Origin: Candidatus Thiosymbion sp.
Lineage (GTDB): Bacteria; Pseudomonadota; Gammaproteobacteria; Chromatiales; Chromatiaceae
Length of the DNA: 64,000 bases
Direction of reading: 5' to 3'
Assembly (NCBI GenBank): GCA_018435665.1
Contig: JAHDND010000170.1
Coordinates: forward strand, 7,629 to 71,628
In this document: positions 17,959 to 26,161 of the stretch, piece by piece
How the letters are laid out: each line of letters begins with the position of its first letter
How positions within the stretch are numbered: the first letter of the stretch is position 1
The notes under the pieces: generated by a model
Databases searched by the model: none
The model's input: only the letters and a program-made list of their open reading frames with translations
Told to the model about the DNA's origin: nothing
Translations under genes and position numbers: made by a program

Positions 17959-18795
17959 ATGTCAAAAAACGCCTTGCGTGCGTTACCCCTCATGCTGGCG
18001 GTAGCCGCCCCGGCGGGGGCTACCGATCAATCGCCGGAAGCCGTGCTCCACGCCCTGATCGACGGTAACGATTCGGCCTATCTCACCCAGAGTGAGCAGA
18101 ATCTGATGATGATGCAGGATGAACCCGCCTACTGGGCCATGGAGCAGGGGGAGATCCTGTTCAAGGAACCCCGCGGCCCCAAGCAGGTGTCCCTGGAGCA
18201 ATGCGACTTCGGCAAAGGGCCCGGAGTCCTGGAAGGGGCCTACGTGGAGATGCCCCGCTACTTTGCCGACGCTGGCAAGGTCATGGACCTGGAGAGTCGC
18301 CTCATGTACTGCATGAAGACCCTCCAGGGCTTCACCGACGAGGACAAGGAACTCAAGGAGAAGCACGGCAACACCGATCTGGTGAAGCTCCAGACCTACA
18401 TCGCCGCCCAGTCCAATGGCCTGCCCTGGAATCCGCCCCTGGATCATCCCCTGGAAAAGGCGATGCGGGATGCGGGAGAGGAATTCTTCTATCGCCGGGC
18501 CGGCATCAGCGATTTCAGTTGCGCCACCTGCCATGGCGCCACCGGCAAGCGCATCCGCGCCTCGGTGCTGCCTAACGCCGCCAACCCGGCGGAATGGACC
18601 AAGGCCATCTCCTGGCCGGCCTTCCGCGTCGGTCATGACGCCGTGCGGGGCAGTCAGCATCGCGTCTCCGAGTGCGTCTGGCAGATGCGCCAGGCGGAGA
18701 TCGTCTACGGCTCCGATGCCTCGATCGCCATCATTTCCTTCTGGACGGACAAGGCCCGCGGCCAGCCGGCCATCATCCCCGATGTCAAGCGCTAG
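17959..18795 (+). CDS. soxA: SoxA cytochrome c subunit (only one CxxCH seen, so monohaem type)
   Basis: 278 aa with a signal peptide. Single haem motif CATCH. Position between soxZ and soxX. Confidence 0.88.
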   Translation: MSKNALRALPLMLAVAAPAGATDQSPEAVLHALIDGNDSAYLTQSEQNLMMMQDEPAYWAMEQGEILFKEPRGPKQVSLEQCDFGKGPGVLEGAYVEMPRYFADAGKVMDLESRLMYCMKTLQGFTDEDKELKEKHGNTDLVKLQTYIAAQSNGLPWNPPLDHPLEKAMRDAGEEFFYRRAGISDFSCATCHGATGKRIRASVLPNAANPAEWTKAISWPAFRVGHDAVRGSQHRVSECVWQMRQAEIVYGSDASIAIISFWTDKARGQPAIIPDVKR

Positions 18796-18818
18796 CCCGT
18801 CACCAGGAGACCCTAATC

Positions 18819-19901
18819 ATGACCACTAAGATGCTCTGCGCGGCCCTGCTCGCCGCGACCACCCTGGTGCCCGGTAGCCTTCTCGCGGTGGACGCCGATC
18901 CCCAGGCCGGCGCCGATCAGACCACCACCGGTAAGGGTGACACGGACAAGCCCTCTTCCGGTAAGGCCACGACGGACAAGGCAGCGTCCAGCAAGGCCAC
19001 GAAAGACACCTCTTCGTCAGGCAAGGCCGCGGCGGGCAAGTCCAGCGAGGGGAAGTCCGGGTCCGCAAAAGCCAGCGGGGAGAAGGCTGGCGGGGGTAAG
19101 GATAAGGCCGCCGCTGGCAAGGGTGATGCCAGCAAGACGGGCGGCAAGTCGACTGCCGCCGCCAAGACCGATGGCGCCAAGCCCGAGGCGGAACAAGGGG
19201 CGGGTGGCAAGGCCGCGGCCGCCGCGGCGGTTGGCGCCATCGCCGGGACTGCGGGAGTCGCCGGCATCGCGGCGGCTGCCGGTGCTGGTGCCGGGTCCCC
19301 GGTCGACTACACCAAGATGTCGCCCACGGAGTTGACCGAATACCTGATCTTTGACGCCAAGGGCTTCAAACTCGACCAGCCCACCCAGGAAGGCAAGACG
19401 GGCAGGGAGCGCATGACCCAGGACGAACTGCAAAAGGTCTGTTCCGCCCTGCGCGCTAACCCCGTCGATGCCGCCACCGCTCAACAGGTGCAAGCGCTGG
19501 CCGTGGCCTCCCGCGTCTATCCCGAGGGCGGTGTCACCCTGGGCGACTGGAAAAAGGGAGAGGCCCTGGCCAAGGAAGGCGCGGGCTTCCGCCTGGGACC
19601 CAAGGCGGACGACAACAAGAAGTTCGGTGGCAACTGCTATGCCTGCCATCAGATGGACCTGAAGGTCGCCGCGCATGTCGCCGCGCATGGCACCATCGGC
19701 CCCGCCCTGACCGGCTTTGGCAAGAATCGCGGCAACACCCCCGAGACCCAGAAGTATGTGTACGAGGTGATTTATAACGCCCACGCCTACTTCCCCTGTA
19801 CCAACATGCCTCGTTTTGGCGCCAATGGCTTCCTGAATCAGGAGCAAATCGCCGATCTCATGGCCTATCTGCTTGTTCCGGAATCACCAGTCAACCACTA
19901 G
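18819..19901 (+). CDS. soxX: SoxX-like monohaem cytochrome c with a long N-terminal Lys/Gly/Ser/Ala-rich extension
   Basis: ATG at 18819 after a GGAGA-containing RBS (CAGGAGA, 18804-18810). Signal peptide MTTKMLCAALLAATTLVPGSLLAVDA. Low-complexity residues about 25-160. Haem motif CYACH. The C-terminal part ...NMPRFG... is typical of SoxX. Confidence 0.8.
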   Translation: MTTKMLCAALLAATTLVPGSLLAVDADPQAGADQTTTGKGDTDKPSSGKATTDKAASSKATKDTSSSGKAAAGKSSEGKSGSAKASGEKAGGGKDKAAAGKGDASKTGGKSTAAAKTDGAKPEAEQGAGGKAAAAAAVGAIAGTAGVAGIAAAAGAGAGSPVDYTKMSPTELTEYLIFDAKGFKLDQPTQEGKTGRERMTQDELQKVCSALRANPVDAATAQQVQALAVASRVYPEGGVTLGDWKKGEALAKEGAGFRLGPKADDNKKFGGNCYACHQMDLKVAAHVAAHGTIGPALTGFGKNRGNTPETQKYVYEVIYNAHAYFPCTNMPRFGANGFLNQEQIADLMAYLLVPESPVNH

Positions 19902-19908
19902 GCGCAAT

Positions 19909-19959
19909 CGCCCGGGCCCCGGCCCGGGCCCGGCTCCCGGCGGGTTCGGGGCCCGGGCG
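19909..19959 (+). other. GC-rich 13-bp-stem hairpin in the soxX-soxB spacer
   Basis: CGCCCGGGCCCCG (19909-19921) is the perfect inverted repeat of CGGGGCCCGGGCG (19947-19959). No T-run follows. Confidence 0.5.
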
Positions 19960-20172
19960 TGGTGAGCGGATGATCCCCAAGTCTCCTCCCTAACCTCTCC
20001 AGGTAAGGCACGGCCCCCATACCGGGGAATCAACCTACGCTAACGGCGATCCCGGGGTCGTACCCGCGGTGCCCATCGAGCCCCAGGTACGGGCATCGCC
20101 GCCCAATTCCCTTAGTTCCTTAATCCCTTTCTGGCAGACCATCCCAGTAACCCGAAGTAGAGGTACCGAACC

Positions 20173-21945
20173 ATGTCACTGTCCCGGCGAGAATTCACCC
20201 GCCTGCTGGCCTTGGGAGGCATGGCCGGGCTCATGCCCGGAGCCCTCCGGGCGGCCGTCCGCGGCGATGGCGATGGCGCGGCGCTCTATGAGGCGACCCC
20301 CTTCGGCAACCTGCGCCTGCTGCATATCACCGACACCCATGCCCAGCTCAACCCGGTCTGGTATCGGGAACCGAGTGTCAATCTGGGGATAGGCCCGGCC
20401 CTGGGCCAGCCCCCCCATCTGGTGGGAGATGCGCTGCTGAAACACTTCGGCATCGCCCCGGGCGGTCGCGAGGCCCATGCCTTCACCTTCCTCGACTTCG
20501 ACGCCGCCGCCCAGCGCTACGGCAAGGTCGGTGGCTTCGCCCACCTCGCCACCCTGATCAAGCAGTTGCGGGCCGAGGCGGGAGCGGGCAGGAGCCTGCT
20601 CCTCGATGGCGGCGACACCTGGCAAGGCTCGGGCACCGCCCTCTGGACCCGGGGCCAGGACATGGTCGGCGCCTGCAATCTACTGGGCGTGGACATCATG
20701 ACCGGCCACTGGGAGTTCACTTATCAGGACACGGAGGTCATCGACAATCTGAAGGCCTTCAAGGGCGAGTTCGTGGCGCAGAACGTCTCGGTCTCCGACG
20801 AGGCCCTGTTCGACTACAAGTTCGCCGACTTTCCCGGCTTCGACGAGGGCAGCGGTCTGGCCTTCAAACCCTACACCGTCCGGGAACTCAACGGCACCCG
20901 GGTAGCGGTGATCGGCCAGGCCTTCCCCTACACCCCCATCGCCAATCCCCAGCGCTTCATCCCCGACTGGCGCTTCGGCATCCAGGACGAGCGGATGCAG
21001 GAAATGGTCGATCGGGTGCGGGCCAAGGAAAAACCGGACCTGGTGGTGATGCTCTCGCACAACGGCATGGACGTGGACCTGAAGATGGCCGCCCGGGTCC
21101 GGGGCATCGATGTCATCTTTGGTGGCCACACCCACGACGGCATGCCCGCCCCCACCCTGGTGGAGAATGCCGGGGGCAAGACCCTGGTCACCAATGCCGG
21201 TTCCAACGGCAAGTTCCTCGGCGTCATGGATCTGGAGGTCGGTGACGGCAAGCTCAAAGGCTACCGTTACCGCCTGCTGCCGGTCTTCGCCAATCTGCTG
21301 CCCGCGGATGTCGAGATGCAGGCCTACATCGACCAGGTGCGTCAACCCTACCTGCCCCGGTTGACCGAGCAACTGGCCGTCACCGAGACCAGCCTCTTTC
21401 GCCGCGGCAACTTCAACGGCACCTTCGACCAGGTGATCCTCGACGCCTTGCGTCAGGGCGGCGATGCCGAGATCGCCCTCTCCCCCGGCTTTCGCTGGGG
21501 CACCAGTCTCATCCCTGGTACCGCGATCACCATGGAGGACGTCCTGACCCAGACCGCCATGACCTATCCCGAGACCTATGTCCGGGAGATGAAGGGCAGC
21601 GAGCTCAAGACCATCCTCGAGGACGTGGCCGACAACCTCTTCAACCCGGACCCTTACCTCCAGCAGGGGGGGGACATGGTGCGCGTCGGGGGGCTCGATT
21701 ACGTCTGCAGCCCCAATAACCCGGCGGGTCAGCGCATCGCCGAGATGCGCCTGGACGATGGTCGTCTGGTCGAGGCGGACAAGACTTACAAGGTGACCGG
21801 CTGGGCGACGGTGGGCTCCCAGAGCCCCGGAAGGCCGGTGTGGGACCTGGTCGCCGATTATCTCCGCGAGCGCAAGACGCTAGCCCTGAAGAAGGTCAAT
21901 GCCACCAAACTGGTGGGGGTGGAGGGCAATCCGGGCCTGGCCTGA
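20173..21945 (+). CDS. soxB: SoxB thiosulfohydrolase (dimanganese, 5'-nucleotidase fold)
   Basis: 590 aa. Tat signal SRREFTRLLALGG. Metallophosphoesterase motifs HITDTHAQ, GGDTWQG, SHNG and GGHTH. Confidence 0.95.
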   Translation: MSLSRREFTRLLALGGMAGLMPGALRAAVRGDGDGAALYEATPFGNLRLLHITDTHAQLNPVWYREPSVNLGIGPALGQPPHLVGDALLKHFGIAPGGREAHAFTFLDFDAAAQRYGKVGGFAHLATLIKQLRAEAGAGRSLLLDGGDTWQGSGTALWTRGQDMVGACNLLGVDIMTGHWEFTYQDTEVIDNLKAFKGEFVAQNVSVSDEALFDYKFADFPGFDEGSGLAFKPYTVRELNGTRVAVIGQAFPYTPIANPQRFIPDWRFGIQDERMQEMVDRVRAKEKPDLVVMLSHNGMDVDLKMAARVRGIDVIFGGHTHDGMPAPTLVENAGGKTLVTNAGSNGKFLGVMDLEVGDGKLKGYRYRLLPVFANLLPADVEMQAYIDQVRQPYLPRLTEQLAVTETSLFRRGNFNGTFDQVILDALRQGGDAEIALSPGFRWGTSLIPGTAITMEDVLTQTAMTYPETYVREMKGSELKTILEDVADNLFNPDPYLQQGGDMVRVGGLDYVCSPNNPAGQRIAEMRLDDGRLVEADKTYKVTGWATVGSQSPGRPVWDLVADYLRERKTLALKKVNATKLVGVEGNPGLA

Positions 21946-21974
21946 AATGCGATGAGAATATCGAGGATATCTCC

Positions 21975-23006
21975 ATGATCATGAAGCGCCTTCGCCCCCA
22001 GGCCCAGGCCCAGGCCAAAGTCCAGGCCTTGATCTTGTTCCTGCTCATCTGCCTGGTGAGCGGGCCCTTGTCCGCCGCCATGCCCGGCTGGTTCAAGGAC
22101 TCCTTCCTCTACTTGCAGGAAGAGGTCGACAAGGCCGCGGAGGAGGGCAAGCGGGTCGCCCTCTATTTCCATCAGGAGGAGTGCCCCTACTGTCAGCGCA
22201 TGCTGAACGTGAACTTCACCCAGCGCGACATCGCCGAACGGGCCCAGTCCCAGTTCAATTTCATCGCCATCAATATCTGGGGCGATCTGGAGGTCACCGA
22301 CCTGGACGGCACCGTCAGCAGTGAGAAGGACTTCGCCCGCGCCCAGCGGGTCCAGTTCACCCCCACCATCCTCTTCCTGGACAGCGCGGGTCGTGTCGCC
22401 TTCCGCCTCAACGGCTATTATCCCCCCGAGCGCTTCAGCGCCTTGCTGGACTATCTGACGCAACAGCCGGCCCCCACCGGTAGCTTCAGTGAGTTCCTGG
22501 CCGCCCGATCAGCCGCTCCGCCCGGCGCCCCCCTTACCCCGGACACGGCCGCGCTGCCCCATCCCCTCAAGCTCGATCAGCGCGCAAGCGGCAAGCCCCT
22601 CCTGGTCGTTTTCGAACAGGCCAGCTGTCAGGCCTGTGAAGAACTGCACCGGGAGGGCTTGGCGGGGGAGGAGGCGCGGGAACTCCTGGCGGGCTTCGAC
22701 CTCGCCCGGGTCGACATCTGGTCCGCGGAACCCCTCACCACCCCGGATGGGCGCCAGGTTTCCGCCCAGGACTGGAGCCGGGAACTGGGCATCGACTACA
22801 CCCCGACCCTCTTGTTCCTGGATGCCGGCGGCCGAGAGGTCTTCCGCACCGACGCCTACATCCGGCCTTACCATATCAGTACCAGCCTGGCCTATGTCGC
22901 CACCGGGGCCTATCAGCGTCAGCCGGAGTTCCAGCGCTTCGTTCTGGAGCGGATCGAGGCCCGTCGCGCCGCCGGTGGGAGCGCCCCCCCCAATCTTTGG
23001 GACTAG
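21975..23006 (+). CDS. Periplasmic protein with two tandem thioredoxin-like domains (SoxW-like context)
   Basis: Signal-like N-terminus. The first domain has CPYC and the second CQAC. The two halves align with each other (V.F.Q..C..C ... TPT.LFLD..GR..FR). Confidence 0.75.
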   Translation: MIMKRLRPQAQAQAKVQALILFLLICLVSGPLSAAMPGWFKDSFLYLQEEVDKAAEEGKRVALYFHQEECPYCQRMLNVNFTQRDIAERAQSQFNFIAINIWGDLEVTDLDGTVSSEKDFARAQRVQFTPTILFLDSAGRVAFRLNGYYPPERFSALLDYLTQQPAPTGSFSEFLAARSAAPPGAPLTPDTAALPHPLKLDQRASGKPLLVVFEQASCQACEELHREGLAGEEARELLAGFDLARVDIWSAEPLTTPDGRQVSAQDWSRELGIDYTPTLLFLDAGGREVFRTDAYIRPYHISTSLAYVATGAYQRQPEFQRFVLERIEARRAAGGSAPPNLWD

Positions 23007-23123
23007 CTGTCAAGCCCCGGGAGATTGTAAAACCGTCCTGTTCGCCCCGGTGCTTTCAGGCACATGCTTTCAAATACAATTGCATAAAATATTGTAATCA
23101 CTGAATATCCATGAGCCGCGATT

Positions 23124-25343
23124 GTGGGCGTCCTTTCGGATCGATCGCGTAGCACGGGGCGGGCGGCAAGCCTCCTGGGCTTGCGCCCCAAGTTGCGCCC
23201 CAAACCCCGTCCGTTGCGATGGCTGTTCGCCCTGGCCCTGTGGCTGATCGCCTCAACCACCCAGGCGATCCAGGAGGTGCGGATTGGCGTTCTCAGTCAT
23301 CGCGGCAGCGAGTTGACCCTGGAGCACTGGCAACCCACCGCCGACTATCTGACCCAGGTCCTGGAGGGTTACCGCTTCACGATCCTGCCCCTGCCCTTTG
23401 CCCGGATCAGCGAGTTCGTCGAGATGGAGTTTGTCGACTTCATCCTCGTCAACCCGGGCATCTACGTCGACCTGGAGGTGCGTTATGGCATTGCCCGCCT
23501 CGCCACACTCAACAACCGGTTCGGCGACCTGAGTCTCAACCACTTCAGCAGCGTCATTTTCACCCGCCATGACCGGGAGGATCTCCAGTCCCTGGCGGAT
23601 CTGGCCGGCACCAGCTTCCTCGCCGTGGACGAGACCTCCCTCGGCGGCTTTGAGATGGCCTGGGACGAACTCCTCCGCCAGGGTGTGAACCCCTATCGCG
23701 ACTTCAGCCGCCTGGAGTTTGCCGGTGATCACGACAGCGTGGTACTGGCGGTGGGCCGGGGCGAGGCCGACGCCGGCACGGTCCGGACCAATATCCTCGA
23801 ACGGATGGCCAGCCGGGGGCTGATCGACCTGGAGGAGTTCAGGGTCCTCAACCCGCAGCCCCAAGACCGTTTCCCCCTGGTACATAGCACCCGGCTCTAT
23901 CCCGAGTGGCCCTTCAGCCGCCTCAGCCACACCCCCAACGAACTGGCCCAGCGGGTCGCCCTGGCCCTGCTCAACATGCCCCCCGACCATCCGGCGGCCC
24001 TGGCCGGAGACTATGCCGGCTGGACGGTGCCCCTGGATTATCAGCCGGTGCACGACCTCTTCCGCCGCCTCGGGTTACCGCCCTACGCTCAAGGCTTCAC
24101 CTGGGTGGATGTCCTCCGGCGCTATCCCCTCGGGGTGGCCGCGACCCTGGCCCTCCTGCTGCTCCTCGCCACCCTGGCCTACCGCATCCATGGCCTCCAT
24201 CGGCAACTGCAAGGCGCCAAGTCGCGCCTGGAGGCCCAGCACCTGCTGATCCTCAACTCCGTCGCGGATGGCATCTATGGGGTCGATCGCCAAGGCCTCT
24301 CCACCTTCGTCAACCGCGCCATGACCGAGATGACCGGCTGGAGCGCCAAGGAGATGATCGGGCGTAACCAGCACGAGCTCCTCCACTACCGCCGTGCCGA
24401 TGGCTCGGCCTTCCCCGCCAGCGAATGTCCGGTCCTGATCACCTGCCAGGACGGCAAGGCGCGGCATGTCCCGGAGGACCTCTTCTGGCGCCGGGATGGC
24501 AGCAGCTTCCCGGTGGAATACGCCTGCTCGCCCCTGCGCGATGCCCGGGGCCAGATCGCCGGCAGCGTGGTGGTCTTCCGGGATATCAGCGCGCGCAAGC
24601 GCCACGAGGAGCAAAGTCGCCGGCAGCAACGGGACCTGATCCACCAGGGCCGGCTCGATACCCTGGGCGCGATGGCCGCCGGCATCGCCCACGAAATCAA
24701 TCAACCCCTCACCGCCATCGCCGCCAGCGCCCAGGCCTGCTTGCGCCTGCTCGACAACGCGCCGGAGGCGGATCCCTCCGGGCGGCTGAGCGATACCCTC
24801 GCCACCATCGCCCTCCAGGCCCAGCGGGGTGGGGAGATCATTCGCCAACTGCGCCAGTTCGTGAAGAAGGAGGAGCCGGTCCGGACCTGGGTGGACGTCA
24901 ATGACCTGGTCCGGCAGGCGGCGGTGCTGATCCGCCCCGAGGCGGAGCGCCTGGGTGTTCAGTTCCTCACCCGGCTCAGCCCGGGGCTGCCCCCCGTCCG
25001 GGTGCAGGAGATTCAGATCCAGCAGGTGCTGCTCAATCTCGCCAGCAATGCCCTGGAGGCCATGGCGGACGCCGGCGCCGCCGCCCCCTGTCTGATCATC
25101 GGCACGGGGTTGGGGCATGCCGACGAGGTCGAGGTGTGGGTGAGCGACACGGGTCCCGGGGTGAGCGCGGACCTGCGGACCGAGGTGTTCCAGCAGTTCG
25201 TCACTACCAAACCCCAGGGGATGGGGCTGGGGCTCTCCATCAGCAAAGGCATCATCGACGCCCATGGCGGATGGATCGAGCTGGCGGAAACCGGGTCGAT
25301 GGGCAGCCGGTTTCGTTTTATCCTGCCCATACAGGGCGGCTGA
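23124..25343 (+). CDS. Sensor histidine kinase: periplasmic solute-binding-protein-like (PhnD/TtrS-type) domain, TM, PAS, HisKA, HATPase
   Basis: 739 aa, GTG start. The periplasmic part reads IRIGVLSHRG...WQPTADYL...FTILPL...VDFILVNP. A TM segment is LGVAATLALLLLLATLAY. H-box is AHEINQPLTAI. N and G boxes are NLASNALEAM, DTGPGV and GMGLGLSI. Confidence 0.85.
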   Translation: MGVLSDRSRSTGRAASLLGLRPKLRPKPRPLRWLFALALWLIASTTQAIQEVRIGVLSHRGSELTLEHWQPTADYLTQVLEGYRFTILPLPFARISEFVEMEFVDFILVNPGIYVDLEVRYGIARLATLNNRFGDLSLNHFSSVIFTRHDREDLQSLADLAGTSFLAVDETSLGGFEMAWDELLRQGVNPYRDFSRLEFAGDHDSVVLAVGRGEADAGTVRTNILERMASRGLIDLEEFRVLNPQPQDRFPLVHSTRLYPEWPFSRLSHTPNELAQRVALALLNMPPDHPAALAGDYAGWTVPLDYQPVHDLFRRLGLPPYAQGFTWVDVLRRYPLGVAATLALLLLLATLAYRIHGLHRQLQGAKSRLEAQHLLILNSVADGIYGVDRQGLSTFVNRAMTEMTGWSAKEMIGRNQHELLHYRRADGSAFPASECPVLITCQDGKARHVPEDLFWRRDGSSFPVEYACSPLRDARGQIAGSVVVFRDISARKRHEEQSRRQQRDLIHQGRLDTLGAMAAGIAHEINQPLTAIAASAQACLRLLDNAPEADPSGRLSDTLATIALQAQRGGEIIRQLRQFVKKEEPVRTWVDVNDLVRQAAVLIRPEAERLGVQFLTRLSPGLPPVRVQEIQIQQVLLNLASNALEAMADAGAAAPCLIIGTGLGHADEVEVWVSDTGPGVSADLRTEVFQQFVTTKPQGMGLGLSISKGIIDAHGGWIELAETGSMGSRFRFILPIQGG

Positions 25344-25534
25344 AGGGCCCTGCCCACGGCAGTTCAGTGTGCGGATACCCTCCGCTCCGGAAAGCCAAAA
25401 ATTCAGTGGCGTTGCCGATAAAATGGCTGGGGGAGACGGACGCGTAGGCCTGCGATGGCTCGTTCGTCCCGGATCCTGCCCCGCCCGCCAAGGCGGTGGG
25501 CGCGACTTAACCAGCCATTTGAGGGGAGGAGCCC

Positions 25535-26161
25535 ATGGCCGCCCAGCAACCGACGATCCACATCGTCGACGATGACCAGGACGTGCGGGAGTCGATCCGG
25601 CTCCTGATGGAGTCGGTGGGCCTGCCGGTCGCCAGCTATGGCTCCGCCCAGGAGTATCTGGAGCGCTTCAGCCCCGACCAGAATGGCTGCCTGGTCCTCG
25701 ATGTGCGCATGCGGGGGATGAGCGGCCTGGATCTGCAAAGCCGGCTCCAGCAGTTCCCCTGCCACCCCCCCATCGTCATGATCTCCGCCCATGGCGACGT
25801 GCCCATGGCGGTACGCGCCCTCCAGGCCGGCGCCGTCGATTTTCTCGAAAAGCCGTTTAATGACCAGGCGTTGCTTGACGCGGTCCATCGCGCCATTCAG
25901 CGCGATGCCCTGCGCCGGGGTGAGGCCTCCCGCCTAGCGGAGATCAAGGAGCGCATCGCCCGCCTGACACCCCGGGAGGCCGAGGTGATGCGGCGGGTGG
26001 TGGACGGCCAGCGCAACAAGGTCATCGCCAGCGAGATGAACATCACCCAGTCCACCGTCGAGGTGCATCGCGCCCGGGTGATGGAAAAGATGGAGGCCCG
26101 GACCTTGTCGGAACTGATGCGCATGCTGGTGACCCTGGAGATCTGCGAGGGCAAGGGCTGA
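25535..26161 (+). CDS. FixJ/LuxR-family response regulator
   Basis: 208 aa. Receiver features are IHIVDDDQDVR and LVLDVRMRGMSG. The C-terminal LuxR HTH reads LTPREAEVM...IASEMNITQSTVEVHR. Confidence 0.9.
   Translation: MAAQQPTIHIVDDDQDVRESIRLLMESVGLPVASYGSAQEYLERFSPDQNGCLVLDVRMRGMSGLDLQSRLQQFPCHPPIVMISAHGDVPMAVRALQAGAVDFLEKPFNDQALLDAVHRAIQRDALRRGEASRLAEIKERIARLTPREAEVMRRVVDGQRNKVIASEMNITQSTVEVHRARVMEKMEARTLSELMRMLVTLEICEGKG

Noticed and set aside
18672-18818. Upstream extension of the soxX ORF (409-aa version starting at 18672).
   Set aside because: It overlaps the 3' end of soxA out of frame and translates to Arg/His-rich sequence. The ATG at 18819 follows an RBS and gives a proper signal peptide.
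23075-23097. An inverted repeat TACAAT-N10-ATTGTA upstream of the sensor kinase, considered as an operator or promoter.
   Set aside because: The arms are only 6 bp in an AT-rich patch, and I could not pair it with a convincing -35 element. It is noted but not supportable as a feature.
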